The notes below the pieces were generated by a model. That model was not told the DNA's origin. It made no database searches and saw only the letters and a program-made list of their open reading frames with translations. Both the position numbers and the translations under genes were made by a program. A stretch of DNA of 64,000 nt from Perna viridis (taxonomy: Eukaryota): NCBI GenBank assembly GCA_037379345.1, contig CM074518.1, positions 8,060,001 through 8,124,000 on the forward strand. The letters run 5' to 3'. This document shows positions 15,535 to 27,948 of this stretch, piece by piece (the stretch's first letter is position 1; every line of letters begins with the position of its first letter).

Positions 15535-16314
15535 GGTCAACTCCAGAGAAATCTGTGACCACTGCATGTTTATATTGATCTTAGGCCAACTCCAGAGAAA
15601 TCTGTGACCACTGCAAGTTTATATTGATCTTAGGTCAACTCAAGGGAAATCTGTGACCACTGCAAGTTTATATTGATCTTAGGTCAACTCAAGGGAAATC
15701 TGTGACCACTGCATGTTTATATTGATCTATGGTCAACTCAAGGGAAATCTGTGACCACTGCAAGTTTATATTGATCTTAGGTCAACTCAATAGAAATCTG
15801 TGACCACTGCATGTTTATATTGATCTATGGTCAACTCAAGGGAAATCTGTGACCACTGCAAGTTTATATTGATCTTAGGTCAACTCAAGGGAAATCTGTG
15901 ACCACTGCAAGTTTATATTGATCTTAGGTCAACTCAAGAGAAATCTGTGACCACTGCATGTTTATATTGATCTATGGTCAACTCAAGGGAAATCTGTGAC
16001 CACTGCAAGTTTATATTGATCTTAGGTCAACTCAAGGGAAATCTGTGACCACTGCATGTTTATATTGATCTTAGGTCAACTCAAGGGAAATCTGTGACCA
16101 CTGCATGTTTATATTGATCTATGGTCAACTCAAGGGAAATCTGTGACCACTGCAAGTTTATATTGATCTTAGGTCAACTCAAGGGAAATCTGTGACCACT
16201 GCATGTTTATATTGATCTTAGGCCAACTCCAGGGAAATCTGTGACCACTCATGTTTATATTGATCTTTGGTCAACTCCAGGGAAATCTGTGACCACTTCA
16301 TGTTTATATTGATC
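15535..16314. repeat. 49-bp minisatellite (about 16 highly similar copies)
   Basis: Unit ggtcaactcaagggaaatctgtgaccactgca(a/t)gtttatattgatctta. Confidence 0.96.
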
Positions 16315-19300
16315 AAAATGGAAATATCAACAAACTGACATGATACATGTAGACTTATTAGAAAATCATATCATGCCTGTACCATAAATACCAGCATTTC
16401 TAAACCAATTTTCATGTGAAAAATCCACTGATACAGCAGGAGCATCTATATGTCTTATAATTCTAGGTGGGGCATAAAAGAATTTATCAACAGTAAAATG
16501 AACAGTCATAAAAAGGGGTCACAACAGGTATACATAAGCTTTCTAGGACAGACAAAAAGCAAAACCTAAAGAAGAAAAAAGAATGTTTAAAGTAGATTGA
16601 CAGAATCCTTGATTTGAAGATCAAATCAATGGTATTAAACTGTCACTACTGTAAAAATTAAAGTCAGTTCTTGAAGAATTTGTGGTTAGTTTTTCATATT
16701 TAACATGTCAAAATTTTATGTCAGTAATAATAGAACTGTAATAAAAATCATTTCAAAAGTGTTAAAAAGTCAACACACATAACATTAACATGCTAATTTA
16801 TATTCTTAGCTGTTAAAATTATCACTGCAGAAAAACATTAATTTCACACCAAATTTTAAAATTTTACTAAAAAAGAAACTTACATCATAATAAAAATGTT
16901 GCATTTTATCACGACTACTTGCAATCCTTAATAAACATCTAAATAATGGTACACCATCAGAGGCCTTGAGTTAGCTAGTAGTATTATAAGAAAGACAAAA
17001 CTGCTCTGTTACAGTATACAATACACAAGTTATTGTCTACTGAAGAAACAAATGGATTTGTTCTTGTCGACAACACATCCAGATTTACAAAATAGTTTTC
17101 AAACAATTTCATCTTTTGTTGAGCTAAGAACCTCTTTTTCAATACAACCAGAGCTAAAGGGTTTATTGTTGGCAAAGCTGGCATTGTTAAATGGATTTAT
17201 GTTTAGCCTTTTATACTTTTCTACCTAAAACAGTCTCCTGTTGTGTAAAAATTAAAAAGAAATTACAATACATAATTTATGGTATTGTTTCAAGGGTTTA
17301 TGTACAATCAGGTAGAATGGGTTGTATATTACAATGTACATTGATCACTCGTACTGGTACATCAACATCATATGAAATTGTAATGTGTCTTGAAATAAAA
17401 AGGCCATGATTTAAACGGAGTAATTTTCAATTAGGAAGCAAATGCTAATGAAACAAAGAAGCAACACAGCCTCCACAGGTTTTTGGGGGTTAAATTTTGG
17501 CTAGTGTAGCATTGTTCATTTTCATTAAAGTATTTTGACACTGTAAAATTAAAGATTCCATGGCATGGCAGCTGTATATTTGTATTACTTGGCAACAAAT
17601 CAAATACACTTGGTGTGGTGGAAAGCCATGGAAAGTACTGCTTACCACAAAATAAAAAAAACCATTGTAAATCAAAACTAAAATCCCAGCATATAACTAA
17701 CTCCCCCATTCTGAAAACAAACCTCAAAAACATAATTATAAAAACTCACTAAATGAAAATATAACCATTCTTGAATTTTTTTTGGATTTATTATTATAAT
17801 CAAAACTGCATTGTGATGTCAAATTACATAAAAGTAACAGTACAAGTAATGATTATATATTACATCAAACCCACCAAAACAGTAAAAAAAGTAGCATCCT
17901 ATTTAAGAGTTACATGTATTATCATACCCACTCATTTAGACCCTTGTTGATGATAGTTTAAGTAGAGTTTACATAAGAACAGAATTAAATATGAATCAAA
18001 AGTTTATTGTCTTTCACTATAACTACTTCACACAATGAGGCTTTAAGTGATTTTCTCTATAGAACCTGTTCCTTAATTATATATATAAACCTACAGTAAG
18101 TTACATCATCACTCACACCTAAATTGTAAACTTTTGGTTTCATTCTCACATGTTGTGTGTTTGGCTGTATAATGTCATATGTGTCTAGAGGCCACAAAAC
18201 TTCAACATCAAAATTGAAAAAATTACATCTACTCAAACATTAACAATGAGAAAATGCAATTAGAGGTCCAGCCTTGTCTAAACATTTACCTGACCCCAAA
18301 ATTATAGAGGTCAACCTACAACCTTGTCCAAATATTAATATCCACTGGTGCCTTGATGGTGAAAATATCTGAATCTAGCTGTTACCAATCTATTGTGCTA
18401 TGAGCCAATGATAAATAAAGATTGTATAAAGGATACTACTTATTTTCCCTAACAATAAAAGGAAGACCATAAACAATATCATTGGTTTGTCAGTAGGTTA
18501 ATTGACATCCTATTGACTTTATCATCAGTTATAGAACCCCAAGTTTTTCAAAAATTTTCAGCATCCCTGTCGGTGTTTACAAGTTACAGCCTTATAATAT
18601 GTTTTTCCTATTAGACCTTTACAAATAAAAGGGGCCAGTAGATACAGATTCTTTTTTAGTAGAGACCCATTTTTACTTCAACAGTGCTTATTGAAAAATG
18701 ACAAAAATCTTAAGGGTACACTATTTGGGTTGTTAGGGTAAAAGGAAACACACATTTTCCTTAATTCGGCCTTACAGACAATAAAAAGAGCTATGTATAA
18801 TGTAGGTTTTGTGTTTGCCCATTGGAAGACAGAACAACAAAAATGACAGGTTCTAAATTTAGAAGACAGCTGGTATAAGGATGAGAAACTTTGTCCTCTG
18901 ATTATAAATTAAAAAAGTAAAGGAAAAAAAAATTGTTTATGTTGTTGACTTATTTGGATTGTTGATGTTCTCACAGCCTGATACCATTTATTGCTGTAGG
19001 CATTGTAAGTTGGCTTATTTTAAATGAACTGTGATTGCAGTTAAGTTTATAGCTACCCCTGTACTTTGTAGTGAAAATATTTCTCATAATTAAAGTAAAA
19101 CATCCTTGTGTAAAATTAGCAACAGACCATTTGTTGAGCTAGTGACAAGTCAAGCGAGGCTCTTGTTTTTTTTTCACTAAATTTTAGAAATAGTCAACAA
19201 ATTATCAATGATAGAAAATATGTAATTCAAATTAGTACTAGGGAGTTGTCTATCATACAGCAAGGCTATCTAAAGCATGACTAAACAATGTAAGTCCAAC

Positions 19301-21549
19301 TGATGTAACAAAAATACTTCAACCAAAATACAGAAAAAATGATTTTTTTTATATATATGAAGCACTAAATGACACTGTGACCATGTCTAAACCCAGCCTT
19401 AAGTATCCATAATGTCTCATTGTGTCTGTTAGATTCGATTAAAATGCCAATATTGATGGGTAACGCTGGCTGTACTAGACATACAATAACTTTGTATAGG
19501 GATTAGCATATCCCTCAATTGTTTCTCAGAGCAACAATACCCGTTTATAAATACTAATAATAGAATCAAATTACATTGGGTTTACATTAATTCACGCTAT
19601 CTGGTGCACAACAATGTTTGCCTATGTCTGAACAAACAAAGGCATCGAGGAACAATACTAAGATAAAACAGAAAACTTGTACTATTTAGAACCATCCTAA
19701 TCAACAAATTAATTTCTATTCCTTATTGGATCGATAAATATTTTAATTTATCTCTGCGAGGCTTACAGCCTGATTACAAAAAATATACATCCCTTGGCAC
19801 AAGAAAACAATGCAATCGTTGGCCATTAGATGAATCCGTTGAAACCAAATTGTTTAACGGTGTTTACTGGAATTTAATTAATATATGGACATTGAGCTTA
19901 TGTGTTGATCTAAATGATACCCATATTGTCTGGTAAAAGCTTTTTCTTTTATTGTCAAGTTAAGCTGAAGATGACGGGTGACAAAGAGCTGGGTGGAATA
20001 GGTTCGGTCTTTGTTTGGAGAATGTGCCAAACACTATATACCAGTATTGTTCATTAGCTCTAATAGAAAACTATAAATGCATAAAGAGAATAAATAAACC
20101 ACTTTACAAAAAAAATTCAATTAAGTCTGTTTTATTTCTCACCAAATATTGCGTACGAACATGGATATTTTTTGTGGAAAAGTAACTTCTCAGCAGGACT
20201 AACACAATAGCATATCAAATAAAAGGAGTATTAATCTAACAATGTTTAAGCTAAATTTAATTTGTCTGTATAAATGAGCATCGGTTTTTCTGTTAACAAA
20301 GTATGGCTTTTAGAAAAGCATGTTCCTGAAGAGCTCAAGCAAATTATAGTCAGGTTTATTGTAGTATACTGTAGAATAGTTGGACATCACACTTTGAATA
20401 TCAATATGGGCTTTAACACAGGAGATCCATTCAGCAGAAGAAATTGAAAAATAATCAAGTTTATAAAATACCCAAGTTTAATATGTGTAATAGACTCTGT
20501 ATGCATTATATTTACAAAAATAAACAAATAGTTCTCATGTCAACTTGCGAAAATTTGCACAACAAAAGGTAATTGTGCTGAGGATTAGGTGTACAAATGC
20601 ATCGGTAGGAACTCCGAATCTCATTATAAGCTTGTATACACACAGATATAGCATTCTTACACATGGAAAAACTAATTCAAATGTAAATGGCTGACAATGG
20701 GCTTCCCAAACCCCAATCTTTTCACATTTTGTTATGAATTTTTACATATCATTCAATATTTTTTTCACTTCAAAAGGACAAATGACTGATAATACATTTA
20801 GTTGGAGGTTTTGGGTTTTTTTAACTAACACCATGCTTTTGATACCATCTGTAGAGACTGAACAAAGCCTTGGCACTTCATCAAACATGTCATATTCTGA
20901 ACAATATCAGTTCTACCTGTACTTCATCCTGCCACCTGTAGTCGGGAGGAAACTGAATGCATCAAATCACAGGTGAAATAAAGGGAAACAATTTGTAAAA
21001 CACCTTGTCAAATAATCAGGGTAGTTAATTAAATCATTGTCAATATTATGTAAAGAATGGTAATTATTTCATTATGAGTGTTGGTGCATTATCATCAATA
21101 TTTTCTACTACATGTGGTCTGAGAAGTAATCAAAGATTGGTAGTCAAAAGACTCAAGAGCCATCATGAATTGATGACACTTATGATATAAACATAGTAGT
21201 GATTTTTTCAGCCACACTCTTTCAGATACATCAAATTAATACAACTCTTCACTAAATAAGCTAAAGCTAGTTCCACAATCATATTCAATAAATACTTCCA
21301 GGTTTTTTGGGTGGTCCACTTTACAGGTAAATAGCCTGATGTCAGTAACAATTGAATTATTATCAATAATGTGGAGTGTTACTTCCTTAAAGCTAGATAA
21401 AAAGGAGTGAATAAACCATTGGTAACTACTAAATGATGGGATAATAATGCAGGAATGGAGAGATAGAAATAGAATACTTCTTCCTTATATGTTACATGCA
21501 AGTTCCCCTATGCAACTCCAGTAGTTCATTTATAATGGTTCTTCATTTA

Positions 21550-22390
21550 TGGAGGACCAATTTTTCTAAAAAGCATGGTCAGATGGTCCTACATGGATAG
21601 TGGATCAGTTTTTCTACGAAGGATGGTCAGATGGTTCTACATGCATATTGAACCAGTTTTTCTAAAAAGCATGCTCAGATGGTCATACATGCATAGTGGA
21701 CCAGTTTTTCTAAAAAGCATGGTCAGATGGTTCTACATGTATAGTGGATAAGTTACTCTACCAAGCATGGTCAACTGGTCGAACATGTATAGAGATCCAG
21801 TTTATCAACCAAGCACCGTCAGATGATTCTACGTGTATGGTGGGCCAATTTTTCTACCACGCATGGTAAGATGATTCTACATGTATGGTGGGCCAGTTTT
21901 TCTACCATGCATGGTCAGATGGTCCTACATGGAATAGTTGACCAGTTTTTCTACAAAGCATGGTCATATGGTCAAACATGTATAGAGGACCAGTTTCTCT
22001 ACCAAGCACTTGTCTGAATATAGCTGAAATATTGCTGCTCGGACGTTAAACCCCAACAAACAAACAAACATCTACCAAGCACAGTCAGATGGTTCTACAT
22101 GAATAGTTGATCAATTTCCCTACCAAGCATGGTCAGATGGTCAGAAATGTATAGAGATCCAGTTTATCAACCAAGCACAGTCAGATGGTTCTACATTTAT
22201 AGTAGTATAGTTTAACAAGCAAGCATGGTCAGACGGTCCTACATGTATAAAGGACCAGTTTCTATACCAAGCATGGTCATATTGTGGATCATTTTCTATT
22301 CCAAGCATAGTCAGATTGTCCTACAAGTATAGTGGATCAGTTTATCTACCAAGCATGGTCTGATGGGGGATCAGTTTCTATACCAAGCTA
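21550..22390. repeat. 48-bp diverged minisatellite (about 16 copies)
   Basis: Unit approximately accagtttttctaccaagcatggtcagatggtcctacatgtatagtgg. Interrupted at 22010-22070. Confidence 0.9.
22010..22070 (+). mobile_element. 61-bp 5'-truncated SINE/LINE 3' tail with (AAAC)n end and 12-bp TSD
   Basis: atagctgaaatattgctgctcggacgttaaaccccaacaaacaaacaaaca flanked by tctaccaagcac at 21998-22009 and 22071-22082. Confidence 0.8.
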
Positions 22391-22874
22391 ACATTGACAA
22401 AAGATTACTGATTATGTAATAGCATACCATTAGTTTTATTGTATATCTGTTAACCAATACACACTGCATTAGACAGATCAAAATCTCAATTGTTTTCAGA
22501 TAAACATTTATTGTTATCTGGCCACTGTAGGAAACAAGCATGTTAAATTGTATCAGCTTTGAGTTTGTATAAACGACTTAATGATTACTGATACAAACTT
22601 CTCTTCCTTCCTTCTAAAAGATGAGCACTTATTCAACTTGTAAAACATTCTCAAGAAAAAAGCTCACAGTTGTACTCTATGGTATGTATTTGGTATGATT
22701 TATCATCTTTTCAGTTCTGTAGATGATGGAAGTTTACTACATGTATCTGGAAAGCCTCGCCATTTCAAACAACTAATGACAACAGTACCACATTTTTGCT
22801 GGAATATGTAATGATTAATGTAACTATTGACAAAACAAGTGATGGGTCTATTCAGCATTACTTACTTAATTTAC

Positions 22875-23043
22875 TGCTCCCAGTTTTTAGTGGAGTTGCT
22901 CATTTACTTTTGTTACTTTGTATATATTATTTTAGTGACTTTGTGTTGTTTGTTATGTTTATCTGTTTTCCATGTCTGGTCTTTGTCTTTTGATAACATT
23001 CCTTTGATTTTTGCTAGAATCTTGGTTCCCTTGATTACTCCTT
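22875..23043 (+). mobile_element. Dispersed ~210-bp repeat family A (retroelement-like, unassigned), 5'-truncated copy
   Basis: Homologous to 47935-48145 (+) and 62810-63020 (-): ctcccagtttttagtggagt...gttcccttgattactc. Confidence 0.8.
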
Positions 23044-23158
23044 AGCAGTACTATTAACCAACTTCTAATTCATGAGTGATTTATTTTCGCAAGCAAGGAA
23101 AAATCAAGAAAATAAATCGCTGCGATTATGTCCCTTCATATTGATATATAACTTTTAT

Positions 23159-23463
23159 TGATTGATTGATTGGTGTTCAACACCCAACAGCACTATTTCA
23201 GCTGGCTATTTTCAGGTGATGAACATGAATGGATGATAAAATAATCATGAAATGACAATGAAATGAAAAATGGGGTGGGACACTGGGATAAAAGGATGGA
23301 CAAATTTTGATTGCCACTGGAAATAGGAAGAGGGAGGTAGGGTCAGGCAATTTCGCCTCCTGCAGTGGAGCGCAAAGGTTCCTACTCTTATCGAAAATCA
23401 CAAGAGGGTTTTTTAATGTTCTAGAAATAAGGCACCTTCCCTAACAAGCTGCACCACTATGGT
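23159..23463 (-). mobile_element. tRNA-derived SINE with Deu/Nin-like central domain and (AATC)n tail, internally deleted
   Basis: On the minus strand: A-box-like gtggtgcagcttgttag, then acattaaaaaaccc...ttcgataagagtagg (Deu/Nin-like), then tail gctgaaatagtgctg...aacaccaatcaatcaat, which resembles the tail at 22010-22070. Confidence 0.55.
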
Positions 23464-23469
23464 TTGTGA

Positions 23470-23676
23470 TCAGGTTTTCAGTATTATGGCCTGATGACCC
23501 AAGCATGTAGCATGACAGGGGTACCCCATTCAACCACCTGAGACACACAACCCAGCTTCTCTGTAGGCAGAGAGCCCTAGCCCCTGGCCTGGGTTCTGAG
23601 CACTATTTAGTTACCTTTTACAACAAGCTAAACGCTGCTGTGGACCTATTCTTCTGACCCAAGGACCCATACAGGG
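23470..23676 (+). mobile_element. RTE-type LINE/SINE 3' end fragment
   Basis: tttagttaccttttacaacaagc...gtggacctattct...gacccatacaggg resembles the conserved RTE 3' terminus (recognised from memory). Confidence 0.45.
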
Positions 23677-24796
23677 CAATATATATATCTTAAGCAGAGT
23701 ATTAGCTGTGATCATAAATAGTTTAAAATTTGAATTGATATCCTGAAATGTGAAATTAGTTGATTGACAGTAATACAATTATGATCTGACATCCTATGGT
23801 ATCTATTTTAGATCTCCAACTTGAGATGATAAACTTGACCAAGTACAAGAGCACCAGACATAGTTTTCAGTAAACACCAAGGGTATATGTATAGTATGTG
23901 ATTATATACTGTGATAAATACTGTTAAAGTTTAAAACTTGCAAAAAAAAAGATGTTTACTAAGACTTTTATTTTTACATGCCCATCAAATGAGTATTTGA
24001 AAAACTTAACATTGTTGAGTGGTTGATATGGGAAACATTAGGAAGCCTCTTACTAACAAGTAAAAACACAATTATCCAAACAAGTATTCAAGACGACCTG
24101 TTGAAAGGTTTTATCTATAACATTGGTAAAAAACTCCTGATAAAGGCCATATAACTGATATCTATAATCTGTTTAAACAATAGTGGTACAGTTACACTTC
24201 AATTTTACTTTTCAGTAGGAAAGGTTACATATTAAACAGGTTTCTTACAATAGCAGACTGACAATACCCCAACTTTCTAATTATACATATACTGTTTGTG
24301 AATAAACAATTACAACAGTGAATTAGCACAATAACTGTTATAAAATAGTGTGTATAATCATTAACTAATCACTCAGAATCTTGCAGGAATTCAGAGTGGA
24401 CGTTGAGGATTTTGGCCTCCCCTTAAATAGGAAGAATTAATGTATATTTTTTTGGCAAGAAATCTTCAATTAACATAAACAAGATCCCCAGTATTGAAAA
24501 AAATTGTATATTTTTGCTTGAAATTATAAATTTCCCCAAAAATTTTAAGCCTCAACCATTACTAATGTTCAAGCCCACCCGCCTCCCAATCTGAAATCAT
24601 GGATCCACCCATGTTCCTATTATTAAATTCTAATTAAGGAAGTAAAATTTACTTTATCATCAATTTTGTTCTGATGATTTGACCAAAATGCAACTGATAA
24701 GAAAAATTCACTTCTAAAAAAAAATAAAATTTAGTTGATAGTGCAATAATGTACTGGTCAGAATTCAAAGAGTCAAAACACCAAATTGAAGCAGTT

Positions 24797-24936
24797 CTAC
24801 AGATACAGACCTGCCCACCAGCCAATACTGGTCGCTACAGATGCAGACCTGCCCACCAGCCAATACTGGTCACTACAGATACAGATCTGCCCACCAGCCA
24901 ATACTGGTCGCTACAGATACAGATCTGTCCACCAGC
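24797..24936. repeat. 38-bp minisatellite (about 3.7 copies)
   Basis: Unit ctacagatacagacctgcccaccagccaatactggtcg. Confidence 0.92.
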
Positions 24937-26989
24937 AATTCTAGTTAAAACAGTGATGGGCTTGCAGAAATTGTGATTCCAAGCCAGTGTATCCTATATA
25001 AAATTCTTTTCAGATTTAGGGTAAGGGCTTGTTATCTGAAATTTAGACGTCAAAGACTGCAGACACACAGACTGAGAATCTATATGGCCCAAAATTCTGT
25101 TGGTAGGGCTTAAATATTGGGTTCAAAATAAAAATAGCAAGTATTGTAAATAACTGTAAATATTTTAGACACAATATGCTTAATTCACCGGTAGGGTAAG
25201 CCTTGAGTTGTGCGTCTAAAGATTTAAGAGGGGGAAGGGGGTCTAAATCCTTCCTCAAGAAATTTCCCCAAAAAATAGAAGTTATTATTACTTTTGATAT
25301 GCTAGCTAACTAATCAGCATGATTATTTATTGAACTAAATTCCTTTCTGAGCATATTTTATATTTTAACATAAAATTATAAAAAAAATCATAAGGGGGGG
25401 ATGCCACCTGCACCCCACCCTCCTTTAAATCTGGATATGCATGCCACTGACTTTTTTTAGATCAGCATCAACCATAGGTTGACTCTGCAGATTGTACAGA
25501 GACCTATGGGATTCATTAAAGTTCACTCCAGTGATAATGGTTTAGTGAGTAGGATTCTTGTCTTCTATGACCATCTAACAACATCTGAAACAATAAAGTA
25601 ACTTCCTCCTATCTATAAAATTTTAAGTTACCTACTCTGGTCCTTCTGCCTCTGTCAAAAGCACAAGTGTCAATTCCTTACAAGATCCTGCATAAGCTAA
25701 ATTGGACTATAATATCCCAATAAGTTTCTAACTGTGTCAGAGACAAAAGTCATTTTCTAATTATACATCTCAGAACACCGTTATCTAACCCTTTGTTACG
25801 ACTGATAACGCTACCCAGCCTAATCCCTATTATTATCCTAGGTCCACAATACATCAACGATGGCTCGTTATCTTGGCCCATTCTTCTAGCAATCGTGTTT
25901 GTTAATGGTAAACACTTTCATTTGTTATCCATTGTCGAGATCTCACCCATGCTTGTACAATGGTCGGTAAGATTAGGGACTTAGAAACACTGCTATGTCT
26001 CGTTGTTTTGTGTGGGCATTATTTGCCGAACAAGAAAGACTAAGGGGTAAACAAGAACCTAGGGCTGTTTGGATTTCGTGCTATTCACCTTCAGCTAACA
26101 AAGGTTTATCATAATACTTATGTTTGCCGTTGGCAGATAACAATGGAGTTTAAAACATTTACTTAATCATAGAAGACCGATCAAAACGTGATCGCGACTT
26201 AACTCTTGACAGATTCAACAAAAAATGTTGTTATCTGTTCTCATTGATTATGTAGGTAAATCTTTGGGGATCACAAATATAATTGGCTACAATCTTTGAC
26301 AGTCAGAAGCAAAGTTTTGTCCCTTCTACAACTGATTTTCCTAAGGTGTAATTCACATGAACTTTGTTTGGTTACTACAGATACTTAACTTTTTCATACA
26401 TGGAATTTATCGTTTAATATCTTATTTTAAACTGTCCTATGTCTTGTCCACATCTTTCTATTACTTTTTCATCAAGATTTTTATTATTCAAGTTAGCAGC
26501 ATTGTTATTTGTAATTACCTTGTGGTTTCTATGTATTTTTCTATAACTCCCATATCAATACATTAATTGTTCAGATTGTCACATTGTAGTGTCACCGAAG
26601 TAAAAGACAAACATAAAAATCCCAAACGTTTTAACAGAAATCATTATTCCCTATTTTTAATGTCTTAGAACAACTAGCCAAAAGTTCATGGCATCTTCAC
26701 AGGCACTGAAATGAGTCAGAGACAAGACGAAAAAGCAAAATAGCGGAAAAAGCAAACTGTCTATCAAAGTGATTTTAAATGAAACATTTCAAAGAAGATC
26801 TGTCACAATACAATTGTATAAAATGAATTGTGTGTGATGATAATTTACATATAAATGAAATAATCGTTTTTTGTTTTTATTTTGGAGCACTTAAAATCAC
26901 AACAATAATGAATGCACAAATCCCAACATTTCTGTGAATATTAGCTGCTTAATTTTACAGATTACTTTGAATTCAAATTTGAAATACTA

Positions 26990-27446
26990 TGAGCAAGCTC
27001 ATAAAGACAATAACCATCGCATCTATTTTGAAGTTATATATATATCACCTGTGAGTTCAATTATATCCCTTTGGAATCCTCCAACAGGAGCTATTTTCCA
27101 CCATGTAAAACTATACATACCATCATTCCTATAAAATTAAATGAAATTCCCTGGAGCAGTTAAGGAGGAGTTGTGCTTACAATGTTTCAACATGCAATAC
27201 CCTTAAGTTGGATCATCTCCTTTAAAGTCCTCTGACAGTAACTATAATGCCTTTATGCATATCTACATAGAATGCCCAACCTTCCTATAAAATTTCATTA
27301 AAATCACTGCAGCAGTAAAGGATGAATTGTACTGAAAAGAAATGAAGACAAGCAGAAAAATGGATAAACAGGAAGACAGACAGACAGATGGGGTTATTCA
27401 TACAGTATATATGCACCCTCATACTTTATCTGCTGGGGGGGAGGGG
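26990..27446. mobile_element. Degenerate HINE-like (Helentron-associated) element
   Basis: Two related internal units (ttcctataaaatt..atgaaatt...gcagt..aggaggagttgt), a (GACA)n microsatellite and a terminal ccc..ttt..gggggg stem-loop remnant. Confidence 0.4.
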
Positions 27447-27607
27447 TCACGATAATGCAAGCTGTTCCACTGTAATAACAAAATGCCGACCTGACACAAC
27501 ATTGCTTCACAATAGGCTCCATCCCCATCAATATGACTTGCATATAAACACAAATACTAAAGCAGGCTACATATGATACTTTCAATAAAGGGTAATAACA
27601 ATACTAC

Positions 27608-27948
27608 CAAAAATATAGACAGAATCAAACCAATATTTATAGAAAAGTCCTTCAAATAAAAGGCAATAGCAAGGCAAAAATATAGACAAAATCAAACCAA
27701 TATTCATAGAAAAGTCCTTCAAAAAAAAGGCAAAAGCAAGGCAAAAATATAGACAGAATCAAACCAACAGTCATAGAAAAGTCCTTAAAATAAAAGGCAA
27801 TAGCAAGGCAAAAATATAGACAGAATCAAACCAACAGTCATAGAAAAGTCCTTAAAATAAAAGGCAATAGCAAGGCAAAAATATAGACAGAATCAAACCA
27901 ATAGTCATAGAAAAGTCCTTCAAATAAAAGGCAATAGCAAGGCAAAAA
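27608..27948. repeat. 67-bp minisatellite (5 copies)
   Basis: Unit aaaaatatagacagaatcaaaccaatattcatagaaaagtccttcaaataaaaggcaatagcaaggc. Confidence 0.95.

Larger units (their letters stand above)
23051..23770. mobile_element. Old TA-flanked MITE carrying nested retroelement insertions
   Basis: TA|CTATTAACCAACT ... AGTTGATTGACAG|TA imperfect TIRs. The body is interrupted at about 23159-23676. Confidence 0.5.

Noticed and set aside
15535-16314. CRISPR-like array (also considered for the 31-, 34- and 37-bp arrays)
   Set aside because: Head-to-tail units with no unique spacers, no cas genes, and a eukaryotic context.
24380-25450. Possible MITEs ending in ggatccacccatg (near 24612) and atgccactg (near 25449)
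   Set aside because: Partner termini are too degenerate to define boundaries.
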